A stretch of DNA of 30,505 bases from Planctomycetota bacterium (lineage in GTDB: Bacteria; Planctomycetota; Planctomycetia; Pirellulales; Lacipirellulaceae): the NCBI GenBank assembly GCA_039190745.1, contig JBCCXZ010000050.1, forward strand, positions 1 to 30,505, given 5' to 3'. Under the pieces are notes generated by a model. The model was not told the origin of the DNA. It did no database searches and saw only the letters and a program-made list of their open reading frames with translations. Below are positions 1-8,890 of this stretch, one piece after another. Within the stretch, counting starts at the first letter, position 1. Each line of letters opens with the position of its first letter. Both the position numbers and the translations under genes were made by a program.

Positions 1-743
1 CCGGCCGCCGAGCCGTTCACCGCCGCCGATGCCAAAGCCGCGGTCGCGCCCGAAGCCACCGCCGCCTGGGCCTCCGCTAACGGCGCAGCCAGTGCAGCGA
101 CGGCGGTCGACAGCCCCACTCCGCGCCGAGCGAGCCGTGCGCGGAGCATCTGCTTGCCGCGGGCCAGCCGGCCCTTCACCGCCGCCACGCTCAGGCCCAG
201 CTCGTCGGCCGCCTCGCCGCGGGTGCGTTGTTCGAGATAACAGAGTGTGATCGGCAGCTGGTACCGTTCCGGCAAAGCGCGCAGCTCTTCGAGCAACAGC
301 GACCGCTCTTCGTGCTGGCCGATCGCCGCGAGTTGCTCGGCTTCCGGAGCGACCAGCGTATCGGCCTCGCCATTGAGTGGCTTCGCGTCCCCGCGCTTGC
401 GGCGCACGGCCAGCGCAGTGCGGAACGCCACGCGGTGCAGCCAGCCGGCGATGCTGTCGCGGCCGCGGATCGTCGCGCTGCGGCGGGCGAGGATTAAGAA
501 TGTTGCCTGGAATGCGTCTTCTACGTCCTGCCGGTGACGGAGCACCTGCCACACCGCGACCCAGACGAGCCCCGAGTGCCGCTCGACCAGCTCGGCGAAC
601 GCCGATTCGTCGCCGCGGGTGCAGAACCGCATCAGCAGCTCGCGGTCGTTGGCCGCGATCGGCTCGGCGGGACCGCGGTCGTCTTGCCCGTCGCCCCCTT
701 CGTCGGCCAGGGCGGGTGTGGTTGGTTGGATAAGTCGGTGCAT
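1..743 (-). CDS. ECF-type RNA polymerase sigma-70 factor with C-terminal extension (partial, runs off the left edge)
   Basis: Not in the ORF track. Manual translation from ATG 743: MHRLIQP...NDRELLMRFCTRGDESAFAELVERHSGLVWVAVWQVLRHRQDVEDAFQATFLILARR...IAGWLHRVAFR (region 2)...LEELRALPERYQLPITLCYLEQRTRGEAADELGLSVAAVKGRLARGKQMLRARLARRG (region 4), then an Ala-rich extension. Confidence 0.93.
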   Translation of the reverse strand, partial: MHRLIQPTTPALADEGGDGQDDRGPAEPIAANDRELLMRFCTRGDESAFAELVERHSGLVWVAVWQVLRHRQDVEDAFQATFLILARRSATIRGRDSIAGWLHRVAFRTALAVRRKRGDAKPLNGEADTLVAPEAEQLAAIGQHEERSLLLEELRALPERYQLPITLCYLEQRTRGEAADELGLSVAAVKGRLARGKQMLRARLARRGVGLSTAVAALAAPLAEAQAAVASGATAALASAAVNGSAA

Positions 744-810
744 GGCTGGCCTCTTCAGAGTATTAGAGGCACAGCCGCAGCGAGGCGGACCGAAAAAACC
801 GGGATCGGCG

Positions 811-1146
811 CTACTTCTTCTCCTGCTTCGAGCCCCACGCTGCCATCATGCGGCCGAAACCGTCCTCGGGCATCGGCGCGGCCGCGATCACTTGCTTGAT
901 CTCCTCGGCCGTCATCCCGCGGTCGATCATGTCCCGCTTGAGGTCCATCTCCGCGTTGCTTTTGCGGAGTGTCTCCACGAGGTGAAAAACCCCGATGACG
1001 CAGATGATGGCCACCGCGGTGACGCACGCCAGAGCGATGATGGTGAGCGCAAAGCGGTCGTTGGGCTCGAACCCGTCGAACCAACCGCCCGCTGTCTGTG
1101 CGAGCAGGAACAAACCGAATGGGGCGTTGGCGGTGCTTGCTAACAT
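811..1146 (-). CDS. small single-pass membrane protein, paralog A (motif LKRDMIDRGMTAEEI)
   Basis: 111-aa ORF with a hydrophobic segment FALTIIALACVTAVAIICVIGVF and GGAG upstream of the ATG; shares its motif with the neighbouring ORF. Confidence 0.8.
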   Translation of the reverse strand: MLASTANAPFGLFLLAQTAGGWFDGFEPNDRFALTIIALACVTAVAIICVIGVFHLVETLRKSNAEMDLKRDMIDRGMTAEEIKQVIAAAPMPEDGFGRMMAAWGSKQEKK

Positions 1147-1164
1147 TTCTCCGTGCTCCCTACG

Positions 1165-1461
1165 CTAACTCTTGATGACATTGCCGAATACCACGCCGCC
1201 GGCTGGCAGGTCTTTGGAATCACTCTGGGCCTCGCGAACGTCTGCGGCCGCGGCAGCCACGAGCCGCTCGACCTCTTCCGGCTCCAGACCGCGGTCGATG
1301 AGGTCGCGTTTCAGGTTCACGTCGAAGCGGCGGCAAACAACGCGGCGGACCTCTTTGCAAACGGTCGAAAAAGCCCCGCCGCCCAGAATGATCAGCACCA
1401 GCCAGATCACAAAGCTAAACGGCATTGGCATGCTGTTTAGCGATTCGACGAATTCGCTCAT
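1165..1461 (-). CDS. small single-pass membrane protein, paralog B (motif LKRDLIDRGLEPEEV)
   Basis: 98-aa ORF with TM segment FSFVIWLVLIILGGGAF; ends 18 nt before paralog A and has the same motif. Confidence 0.8.
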   Translation of the reverse strand: MSEFVESLNSMPMPFSFVIWLVLIILGGGAFSTVCKEVRRVVCRRFDVNLKRDLIDRGLEPEEVERLVAAAAADVREAQSDSKDLPAGGVVFGNVIKS

Positions 1462-1740
1462 TACTTGCGTTCCCGATGTTCTCTGTCTCGCCGCGTTCTA
1501 AGACGGCCATATCAAAAAATGCGGCGAACCCAAGGGCTATCCTAGTCGGTCTATCTGATGATCGATTCGCGGTTGCTGATCCGATCTTGCCCGTGTTCTT
1601 TCAATCAGTGGCCGGCGAATCTCACGGCGGTGCGACGGGCTCAAGAGTTGTCGCACGCGCGGGGCCCGGCACTCGGGTATTCGCTCCGACAAGTTGTTTG
1701 CCCATTTTGTGGGCGACGGCTGCCGCCGCGGATTGACTGA

Positions 1741-1775
1741 ATCCCCTAAGCTGTTTACTGTAAGCAGCTTGGGAT
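1741..1775. promoter_or_regulatory. imperfect palindrome in the divergent intergenic region upstream of argH
   Basis: ATCCC-CT-AAGCTGTTTAC-T-GTAAGCAGCTT-GGGAT; inner arms pair with one T/G mismatch, and outer ATCCC/GGGAT arms pair. Confidence 0.45.
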
Positions 1776-1858
1776 ACTTCTGCGGATGCCCGTGCGCACG
1801 AACACTTGCGTCGTGTGCGGCGGCGCAACCGCTCCATGCGACCACGACTCCAGGCTTT

Positions 1859-3250
1859 GTGACCAAGAGTCCCCCCCAGAAAGCATGGGCCGGCGTCTTT
1901 CAGGACTCCACCGACCCCCGCGTCGAGCAGTTTAGCGAGAGCGTCAGCTTCGATTGCCGGCTCTACGGGCAGGACGTGCGCGGATCGGTGGCCCACGCCG
2001 AGATGCTCGCCAAACAGGGCGTTCTCACCGCTGAAGAGTGCAACCAGATCGTTGCCGGCCTCCATTCGATCCGCGACGACATCGCCGCCGGCCGCTTCCA
2101 GTACCGCCAGGACTTGGAAGACGTGCACATGAACATCGAGCGGGCGCTGATCGACCGCATCGGCGACGTCGGCCGCAAGCTGCACACCGGGCGGAGCCGG
2201 AACGACCAGGTTTCGACCGACTTCCGGCTCTGGATCCGCGACGCGATCGACCGCACTGATGCGCTGCTCGCCGACTTGCAGCGGTCGTTCGTCTCGCGGT
2301 GCGAACGCGACCGCGGCGTCATCCTGCCGGGGTACACCCACATGCAGCGGGCGCAGCCGGTGCTGGCGGCCCACTACTGGCTGGCCTACTGCGAGAAGTT
2401 CGACCGCGACCGCGGCCGGCTGGCCGACTGCCGGCGGCGCGTGAACCAGCTCCCGCTGGGGACCGCCGCCCTGGCGGGCACCACCATCGACATCGACCGA
2501 CAGTTCGTCGCCGACGCCCTGGGCTTCGAGGGGATCGTCGCCAACAGCATCGATTCCTCCAGCGACCGCGACTTCGCCGTCGAGTTCGCCTCGGCGCTGG
2601 CGGTGATCGCGCTGCACCTGAGCACTTGGGCCGAGGAGTGGATCCTCTGGGCCACGACCGAGTTCGGCTTCCTCCGCCTGCCGCAGGCGTACTGCACCGG
2701 CTCGTCGATCATGCCGCAGAAGATCAACCCCGACGTGCTCGAGCTCACCCGTGGCAAGACGGGCCGGGTGGTCGGCAACCTGCAGAGCCTGATGGTGCTG
2801 CTCAAGGGTCTGCCGCTCGCCTACAACCGCGACCTGCAAGAAGACAAGCCGCGGGTGTTCGACTCGGCCGACACAGTCGAGGCCTGCCTGGAGCTGGCCG
2901 CCGCGGTGGTCGCCGGGGCGGAGCTGAACCGGGAGCGGATCGCCGCAGGCCTCGAACGCGGCTACCTCGACGCCACGACGCTGATGGAGCACCTCATCAA
3001 GCTGGGCGTGCCGCAGCGGACGGCGCACGGCGTGATCGGCGGGCTGGTCGCGACGGCGATGTCGCGCGGCGTGCCGTTGGCGGAGCTTCCGCTCGAGGAG
3101 TTTCAGTCCGCGCACGCAGAACTCGACGTAGGCGTCTACGGCGTGCTCGGCACCGAGCGGGCGCTCGAGGCGTTCGTAAGCGAGGGCTCGACGGCCCCGG
3201 CCCAGGTCGAGCGGCAATGGAAGCTGTGGCAACAGAAGCTGGAGGCTTGA
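1859..3250 (+). CDS. argH: argininosuccinate lyase
   Basis: Motifs EDVHMNIE, KLHTGRSRNDQV, PGYTHMQRAQP, TGSSIMPQKINPD, LPLAYNRDLQEDK. Start placed at GTG 1859 (in frame with ORF 1694), just before the KAWAG motif. Confidence 0.97.
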   Translation: MTKSPPQKAWAGVFQDSTDPRVEQFSESVSFDCRLYGQDVRGSVAHAEMLAKQGVLTAEECNQIVAGLHSIRDDIAAGRFQYRQDLEDVHMNIERALIDRIGDVGRKLHTGRSRNDQVSTDFRLWIRDAIDRTDALLADLQRSFVSRCERDRGVILPGYTHMQRAQPVLAAHYWLAYCEKFDRDRGRLADCRRRVNQLPLGTAALAGTTIDIDRQFVADALGFEGIVANSIDSSSDRDFAVEFASALAVIALHLSTWAEEWILWATTEFGFLRLPQAYCTGSSIMPQKINPDVLELTRGKTGRVVGNLQSLMVLLKGLPLAYNRDLQEDKPRVFDSADTVEACLELAAAVVAGAELNRERIAAGLERGYLDATTLMEHLIKLGVPQRTAHGVIGGLVATAMSRGVPLAELPLEEFQSAHAELDVGVYGVLGTERALEAFVSEGSTAPAQVERQWKLWQQKLEA

Positions 3251-3253
3251 GGC

Positions 3254-5035
3254 ATGAGGCGACTCTACGTGTGTGTTGTGCTCGCGGTGGCGGCGGCGGC
3301 CCACGCCCAACCGCTGCCGCCAGAGGGCGACCAAACCCCGCTCTCGCCGACCACGGCGGCCGTGATGGAACTGCCCCGCGACACGCCGAGCGCCCGCATG
3401 ATTGTGCTGGCGGCGTTGATCGACCTGGATGAAAAAGAGCTCGCCGCAACGGAGTTCCAAGCGCTCGACGGGCTCGGCCTGGGCGACGAAGCAAAGGCCG
3501 ACCTGGCCCTCGAATTCGGCACCGCGCGGATGCTGCAGGTGGCTCGGCTGGAGGGCGCGGCCGAAGGGGCCCGGGAGTTCGCGCTCTCGTGCCTGGCGGC
3601 GGCGAACGCCCGGCTGACCAGCCCCGAGCGTTTGCAGGAACTGGTGGGCCAACTCGCGAGCGACTCGGCGTTCGACCGCCGGGCGGCCGTGGCCGACCTC
3701 GCCGCCACCGGGACCGACGGGGCCGTGAAGTGCTTCGAAACGCTAGCCGCGACCGAAGACGAACAGACTCGGGCTTACCTCCTCGCCGCGTTGATTGAGC
3801 TGCACCCGGCCTCCGACGAGCCGCTGCTCACGCTGCTTTACAACTCCGAGGGCCGGCTGCTGAGCGACTGTGCCGAACTGGCCGGCGAGCTACGGCTGGG
3901 CGCGGCGGCCCCGGCGTTGGTGGCCGCGCTGCAAGACGACCAGGCCGCCCAAGCCGCGGCGGTCGCCCTGCAGAAGACGGGCTCGCGCACGGCGGGCAGC
4001 CCCGCGGCCATGCTCCGCGGGGAGCTCGACAAACTCTCTCAACAGCTTTTCCCCGCCGCCGCGGAGGCTTCACCGGCGGAGCCCGAAACGGAAGCCCTCG
4101 TCACGACGTGGTGGCTGTGGGACCCAGAAACATCGATGTTCGCCCCGATGGAAACCAGCCGGCAAAACCTGCCGGTCTTGCGGGCCGCTCGCGTGGGTCA
4201 CGCCTTGCTGCGTGAACCGGGTGCTAGTGACGCCGACCGTCGCCGGGCTTTGGTGTTCGCGATCGCCGAGGCGGAGATTCTTGGCCGTGGCCTCTCGGCC
4301 GAAACCAAGGCCGCCGTCGATGACTTGCCGAGCGACCGCCTGAGCGCCGCCTTGGGTCAGGCCATCGACCACGGGCTCGTCGTGCCCGTCGAGCGGCTGG
4401 CTGCGATGCTCGCTGACCGGGGCGATGCGTCGGTACTGATGTCCGCCGGGCTGGGGTTAGGCGGCACGACCGTCTCGCCGCTTGTCTCAGGCGTACTGGC
4501 TGCAGACGACCGTATCCGCTGGGCCTGCCTGGAGACCGTCATGCGGCTGGGACCTCAGGAGCGGTTCGCCGGCGAGAGCTACGTGCCCAAGGCGCTGGTC
4601 GGGTTCGTCGAAACGGCCCTGCCTGTGCCCGGCGTGCCCCAGGCGCCGACCGACCAAGCGGCGCAGGCGCTCGATTGGCTCGCGGGATTGTTGGGCGACG
4701 CCGGCCCCTACGACGAACTGCCCCGGTACGCCCGCGTCGCCGAGCGTTCTGTCTACGTACTGGGGCTCACCGAGCCCTCAATCCGCGTGCTCGCCGCCGC
4801 CGGCACGGGCCCCAGTCAACGCACGCTGCTGGAGTACGCCAGCAGCGCCGCTGGGGACGTCGGCCTCCGTGCCGCGGCCGCCGAGGCGTTCGAGCGGAGT
4901 GTTGAGCAATTCGGCAAACGCATCACCGGGGCCGACATCCTCCGCCAGTACGAGCGGTACAACGCCAGCGGAGCCGGCCGCAAGGAGGAGCAGGAGCGGC
5001 TCGGACGCATCCTCGACGTGCTCGAAGAAAAGTGA
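3254..5035 (+). CDS. exported alpha-helical (HEAT/ARM-like) hypothetical protein
   Basis: 593 aa; signal peptide MRRLYVCVVLAVAAAAHA-Q; HEAT-like helices (RRAAVADLAATG, LRAAAAEAF); starts 3 nt after argH and overlaps the next gene (GTGA). Confidence 0.75.
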   Translation: MRRLYVCVVLAVAAAAHAQPLPPEGDQTPLSPTTAAVMELPRDTPSARMIVLAALIDLDEKELAATEFQALDGLGLGDEAKADLALEFGTARMLQVARLEGAAEGAREFALSCLAAANARLTSPERLQELVGQLASDSAFDRRAAVADLAATGTDGAVKCFETLAATEDEQTRAYLLAALIELHPASDEPLLTLLYNSEGRLLSDCAELAGELRLGAAAPALVAALQDDQAAQAAAVALQKTGSRTAGSPAAMLRGELDKLSQQLFPAAAEASPAEPETEALVTTWWLWDPETSMFAPMETSRQNLPVLRAARVGHALLREPGASDADRRRALVFAIAEAEILGRGLSAETKAAVDDLPSDRLSAALGQAIDHGLVVPVERLAAMLADRGDASVLMSAGLGLGGTTVSPLVSGVLAADDRIRWACLETVMRLGPQERFAGESYVPKALVGFVETALPVPGVPQAPTDQAAQALDWLAGLLGDAGPYDELPRYARVAERSVYVLGLTEPSIRVLAAAGTGPSQRTLLEYASSAAGDVGLRAAAAEAFERSVEQFGKRITGADILRQYERYNASGAGRKEEQERLGRILDVLEEK

Positions 5036-6111
5036 ACCCGTCTCAACATGCCAGCAACGGCCACCCCGATAACGGCCGCCCTCAGCCGGCGACGCTGCCG
5101 GGGGTGATCGGCTCGAGCCCCGCCATGGCCGACGTTGCCCGCGTCACGCGGCAGGTGGCGCAGTCGGGCGCATCGGTGCTGATCTTGGGCGACACGGGCA
5201 CCGGCAAAGAGCTGGTTGCCTCGGCGGTGCATTCGCTCTCCGAGCGCCGCGACCGGCCGTTCGTGCGCGTCAACTGCGGGGCCCTCACCGAGAGCCTGCT
5301 CGAGAGCGAGCTCTTCGGCCACGTCCGCGGGGCGTTCACCGGGGCGATCGACAACCGCACCGGCCGTTTCGAGGCGGCTCACAAGGGAACGATCTTCCTC
5401 GACGAAATCAACTCCACCACGCCGCACCTGCAGGTAAAGCTCCTGAGGGTGCTGCAGGAACGGGAGTTCGAGCGGGTCGGCGACACCCGCACCATCTCGG
5501 TCGATACCCGGGTGATTGCCGCCAGCAACCGCGACCTTCTGCAGCTCGCCGAAGAAGGCGACTTCCGCGAAGACCTCTACTACCGCCTGAACGTGGTGCC
5601 GATTTACATCCCGCCGCTGCGCGACCGGCCGAGCGACATCCACGAGTTGGTGACGTTCTTCCTGAACCTCTACAACGAAAAAAACGACCGGTACGTGGCC
5701 CACATCCAGCCCGAGGCGATGCAGGCGCTCGAGGCGTACGCCTGGCCGGGCAATGTCCGCGAGCTACAGAACTACGTCGAGCGAGCCGTGGTGATGGCAC
5801 CGGGCGACGAGCTCACCCGCGAGCTGCTGCCCGAGGCTGTCACCTCCGGACGCCAGCCTCGGGCCATCGGCCGGCGGAGGCTCGACTTCCAGTCGCTCAG
5901 CGAAGAGCTCGTCGGCATGGGACTCTCCGACGCCGACCAGGAGGCGACCGACCTGCACGGCCGGATCGTCGACCGCGTTGAGCGAGAAGTGATCGCCCAG
6001 GTGATGGCCCAGTGCGACAATGTGCAGATCAAGGCCGCCGCCCGGCTGGGGATCAACCGCAATACCCTGCACAAGAAGCTCAAGCAGTACGGCCTCGACA
6101 GCGACGACTAA
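5032..6111 (+). CDS. sigma-54-dependent transcriptional activator (AAA+ plus Fis HTH) without an N-terminal sensory domain
   Basis: Walker [51 protein letters not shown]-terminal [16 protein letters not shown]. Confidence 0.95.
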   Translation: MNPSQHASNGHPDNGRPQPATLPGVIGSSPAMADVARVTRQVAQSGASVLILGDTGTGKELVASAVHSLSERRDRPFVRVNCGALTESLLESELFGHVRGAFTGAIDNRTGRFEAAHKGTIFLDEINSTTPHLQVKLLRVLQEREFERVGDTRTISVDTRVIAASNRDLLQLAEEGDFREDLYYRLNVVPIYIPPLRDRPSDIHELVTFFLNLYNEKNDRYVAHIQPEAMQALEAYAWPGNVRELQNYVERAVVMAPGDELTRELLPEAVTSGRQPRAIGRRRLDFQSLSEELVGMGLSDADQEATDLHGRIVDRVEREVIAQVMAQCDNVQIKAAARLGINRNTLHKKLKQYGLDSDD

Positions 6112-6179
6112 TCACAATGCGGTAGCCCGTGCGGCCGGCTTACGGTTGTCTCTGATCGTCACCCAACCCACTCCCCACC

Positions 6180-7070
6180 ATGGCCTCCGGCATCTCGCTC
6201 CTCTGTTTCACGGCCAGCTACGCCGTCGCCCTGGGCGTCGAGTGCGTCGGGCTAGCGTCGCGCTGGAAGAGCCGGCGGCTGGCCGTGCTGCTGGCGACCG
6301 CCGCCGGGCTATTGGCCCACACGCTGTACCTGGGCAAGCGGGCCGCGTTGATGCCGGCGACACCGCTGGGCAACCACCAAGACTGGTTCATCGCCGCGGC
6401 ATGGCTGCTGGCGCTCGCCTACCTCGCAGCGGTGCTCAATTACCGGAGGGCCTCGCTTGGGGTTTTCTTGCTGCCGGTGGTGCTTGCACTGCTGGCCGCT
6501 TCGATGTTCGCCAGCGACGCTCCGATTGCCAGCTTTCAGGCCCCCCGTGTCTGGGGCCGGCTGCACGGGCTGTGCCTGATGTTCGGCACCGTGGCCGTGC
6601 TGATCGGTTTCGTCACAGGGCTGCTCTACCTGTGGCAGAGCAACCGGCTGAAGAATAAACAGCTCCCGATCACGCAGCTGCCGCTGCCCAGCATGGAGTG
6701 GCTGCAGCGGGTGAACAACGTGTCGCTGCCGACCGCCGCGGTGCTCGTGGGCGTGGGCCTGTTCACCGGCATCCTCGCCCGAGTGGCCTCCGTCCCGGGG
6801 CAGAACTTCGTCCCCTGGACCGACCCGGTGGTGCTCTCGCTGGGCGCGATGTTCAGTTGGCTGGGGCTGACGGAGGTGTTCCGCCTGTTCTACCCGCCGG
6901 CGCGGGAAGGCCGGAAGGTGGCGTACCTGACCATCTCGGCCGCGGGCTTCCTGGCGTTGGTCTTGTTCTCGTTCGCGCGGACCGACTCGCTCCACTCCCC
7001 CTCTGTACATGGGCCCTCGGCGGGCGACGCGACGCCAGCCCCCAAGACCACCGCGGGGGGCCCAGTATGA
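6180..7070 (+). CDS. cytochrome c assembly (CcsA/HemX-like) membrane protein
   Basis: About 8 hydrophobic segments, His in LHGLCL, LYLWQSNRLK and WTDP motifs; ATGA-coupled to hemA. Confidence 0.8.
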   Translation: MASGISLLCFTASYAVALGVECVGLASRWKSRRLAVLLATAAGLLAHTLYLGKRAALMPATPLGNHQDWFIAAAWLLALAYLAAVLNYRRASLGVFLLPVVLALLAASMFASDAPIASFQAPRVWGRLHGLCLMFGTVAVLIGFVTGLLYLWQSNRLKNKQLPITQLPLPSMEWLQRVNNVSLPTAAVLVGVGLFTGILARVASVPGQNFVPWTDPVVLSLGAMFSWLGLTEVFRLFYPPAREGRKVAYLTISAAGFLALVLFSFARTDSLHSPSVHGPSAGDATPAPKTTAGGPV

Positions 7071-8344
7071 AGCTCCACATGGTGGGTTGCGCACACCACG
7101 ACACCGACCTCCAGACGCGGCAACAGCTCGCGTTCGCCAAGCCGCAGGTGGTCGACGCCCTCGGGGAATGGACCGCCCGGTTCGACAACACCGAACTCGT
7201 CCTCCTCTCGACCTGCAACCGGGTCGAGCTCTATGCCGCCCGCGAGGACGACGCAACCGGGCCCGGCCCCGAGGAGCTGTTCGACGCAATCGTCGGCTAC
7301 CACCGCCTCGCCCCGGAGGGTTTCCAGAGCCGGATCCACACGCTCGACGGGCAAGACGCCACGTCGCACCTGTTCCGGGTAAGCTCGAGCCTCGACAGCA
7401 TGGTGGTGGGCGAGGCGCAGATCCTCTCGCAGGTGAAGGAGGCCTACCGAACGGCCCAGGAGTGCGGCACGGTGGGGTCGGTGCTGAACCGGCTGTTCCA
7501 GTCGGCCCTCAAAGCGGCCCGCCGCGTAGCGAGCGAAACGCCGCTGCACCGCCACCGGGTGAGCATCCCCAGCGTGGCGATCGGCGAGTTCGCCGCGCAG
7601 CTGTTCGAGCGGTTCGACGACAAGCACGTGCTGGTGATCGGGGCCGGCGAGATGGCCGACGACAGCCTCCGCTACCTCCGCGACGTCGGCGCGGCGAACG
7701 TCCGCGTCGTGAACCGCAGCCCCGAGCGGGCCGAGCAGCTCGCCGCCAAATGGTCGGGCGTCTGTTACCCCTGGGACTCGCTGCACGAGCAGCTCGCCCA
7801 AGCGGACATCGTGCTCAGCACCACGGCGTCGGCCGAGCCGGTGGTCACCGCCGGCGATTTCGCCAACCGGGTGGGGCCCTTGCGGAAACAGCGGCCGTTG
7901 TTTGTGATGGACCTCTCCGTTCCTAGGGATTTTGACCCCGCCGTCGGCGACGAGTTGGGGGTTTACCTCTACTCATTAGACGACCTCGACCGGGTATGCC
8001 AGCGCAACCTGGCCGAGCGGTCTCGGGCCCTGCCCAAGGCCGAAAAGATCATTATGGAAGAGACCATGCAATTCTTCGCCCACGAGAGCCACCGCGCCGC
8101 GGCGCCGGTGATCACCGGGCTGCGCCGCGGCTTGGACGAGGTGAAGGAGGCGGAGCTTGACCGGCTGTTCCATAAACTGCCCGAGCTGGACGAAGACGCC
8201 CGGGCAGAGATCCAGCGGTTCGCCGACCGCCTGGGCAACAAGATGCTCCACCCGCCGATGGAGTCGCTCCGCGACGCCTCGAAAGACGGTGCGCCGCACG
8301 GACTGATCGACGCGGTGCGGCAGATCTTCCGGCTCGACGACTGA
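7067..8344 (+). CDS. hemA: glutamyl-tRNA reductase
   Basis: LSTCNRVELY, SSLDSMVVGEAQILSQVK, VIGAGEM, DLSVPRD, NKMLHPP; ATG 7067 overlaps the upstream stop. Confidence 0.97.
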   Translation: MKLHMVGCAHHDTDLQTRQQLAFAKPQVVDALGEWTARFDNTELVLLSTCNRVELYAAREDDATGPGPEELFDAIVGYHRLAPEGFQSRIHTLDGQDATSHLFRVSSSLDSMVVGEAQILSQVKEAYRTAQECGTVGSVLNRLFQSALKAARRVASETPLHRHRVSIPSVAIGEFAAQLFERFDDKHVLVIGAGEMADDSLRYLRDVGAANVRVVNRSPERAEQLAAKWSGVCYPWDSLHEQLAQADIVLSTTASAEPVVTAGDFANRVGPLRKQRPLFVMDLSVPRDFDPAVGDELGVYLYSLDDLDRVCQRNLAERSRALPKAEKIIMEETMQFFAHESHRAAAPVITGLRRGLDEVKEAELDRLFHKLPELDEDARAEIQRFADRLGNKMLHPPMESLRDASKDGAPHGLIDAVRQIFRLDD

Positions 8345-8369
8345 ACCGCGGGGCGTCTGTTCGGCCAGA

Positions 8370-8389
8370 TTGTGGGAGGCCTCCCACAA
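8370..8389. repeat. perfect 20-bp palindrome between convergent genes (possible terminator or collapsed REP pair)
   Basis: TTGTGGGAGG|CCTCCCACAA between the hemA stop (8344) and the acidic-ORF stop (8408). Confidence 0.6.
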
Positions 8390-8407
8390 GAGTGTGAAGC
8401 GCTGGGC

Positions 8408-8890
8408 TCAGTCCCAGTCGTCTTCTTCCGAATCGTAGTCGTACTCTTCGTCGTCGGCGTCGAGGTAGTCGTCGTCGACGCCGTCCTCTAGGTCGTCGTC
8501 GACATCGTCCGCATCAAGGTCGTCGTCTTCCTCGGCGTCCTCGTCGTCGTCCTCGACTTCTTCCCATTCGTCTTCGAGGTCGTCATCGTCGGCGTCGGGC
8601 GATTCGTCGTCACCCTCCTCGTCGTCTTCGTACTCTTCGTCGTCCTCGACCTCTTCGTACTCATACTCGTACTCGACCTCCTCGTCGCCTTCTTCTTCGT
8701 CCTCGTCGTCGTACTCGTAGCCGTCTTCGTACTCATCATCCGCGGCGGAGAACGAGAACTTGGGGGGGAGCCCGAGAAATTTGGTGCAGTACGCCGCCCC
8801 GTCGCAGCAACCGACGCACGGCGGGCCGAGAGGGGGGCTAGGGTCTCCGGCGGTCGCCGCGATCGAGGTGCTCATCAGGTTGGTCTCCAC
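8408..8890 (-). CDS. hyper-acidic low-complexity protein with an N-terminal Cys cluster
   Basis: GTG 8890 is preceded by GGAGGGGAG (alternative ATG 8875); CVGCCDGAAYC, then a 110-residue D/E/Y-rich tract (8411-8740) with no K or R. The frame is open back to 9202, so the start is uncertain. Confidence 0.7.
   Translation of the reverse strand: METNLMSTSIAATAGDPSPPLGPPCVGCCDGAAYCTKFLGLPPKFSFSAADDEYEDGYEYDDEDEEEGDEEVEYEYEYEEVEDDEEYEDDEEGDDESPDADDDDLEDEWEEVEDDDEDAEEDDDLDADDVDDDLEDGVDDDYLDADDEEYDYDSEEDDWD

Noticed and set aside
750..1535. Possible shared ECF promoter motif (GGTYCGCC...TCT) upstream of the sigma gene and of paralog B
   Set aside because: Spacing differs by 3 nt and the match is too short to support.
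1622..3652. 676-aa minus-strand ORF (also 14458-17217 and many similar ones)
   Set aside because: Antisense shadows of argH, gyrB and other genes; expected in high-GC coding DNA, with no recognisable motifs.
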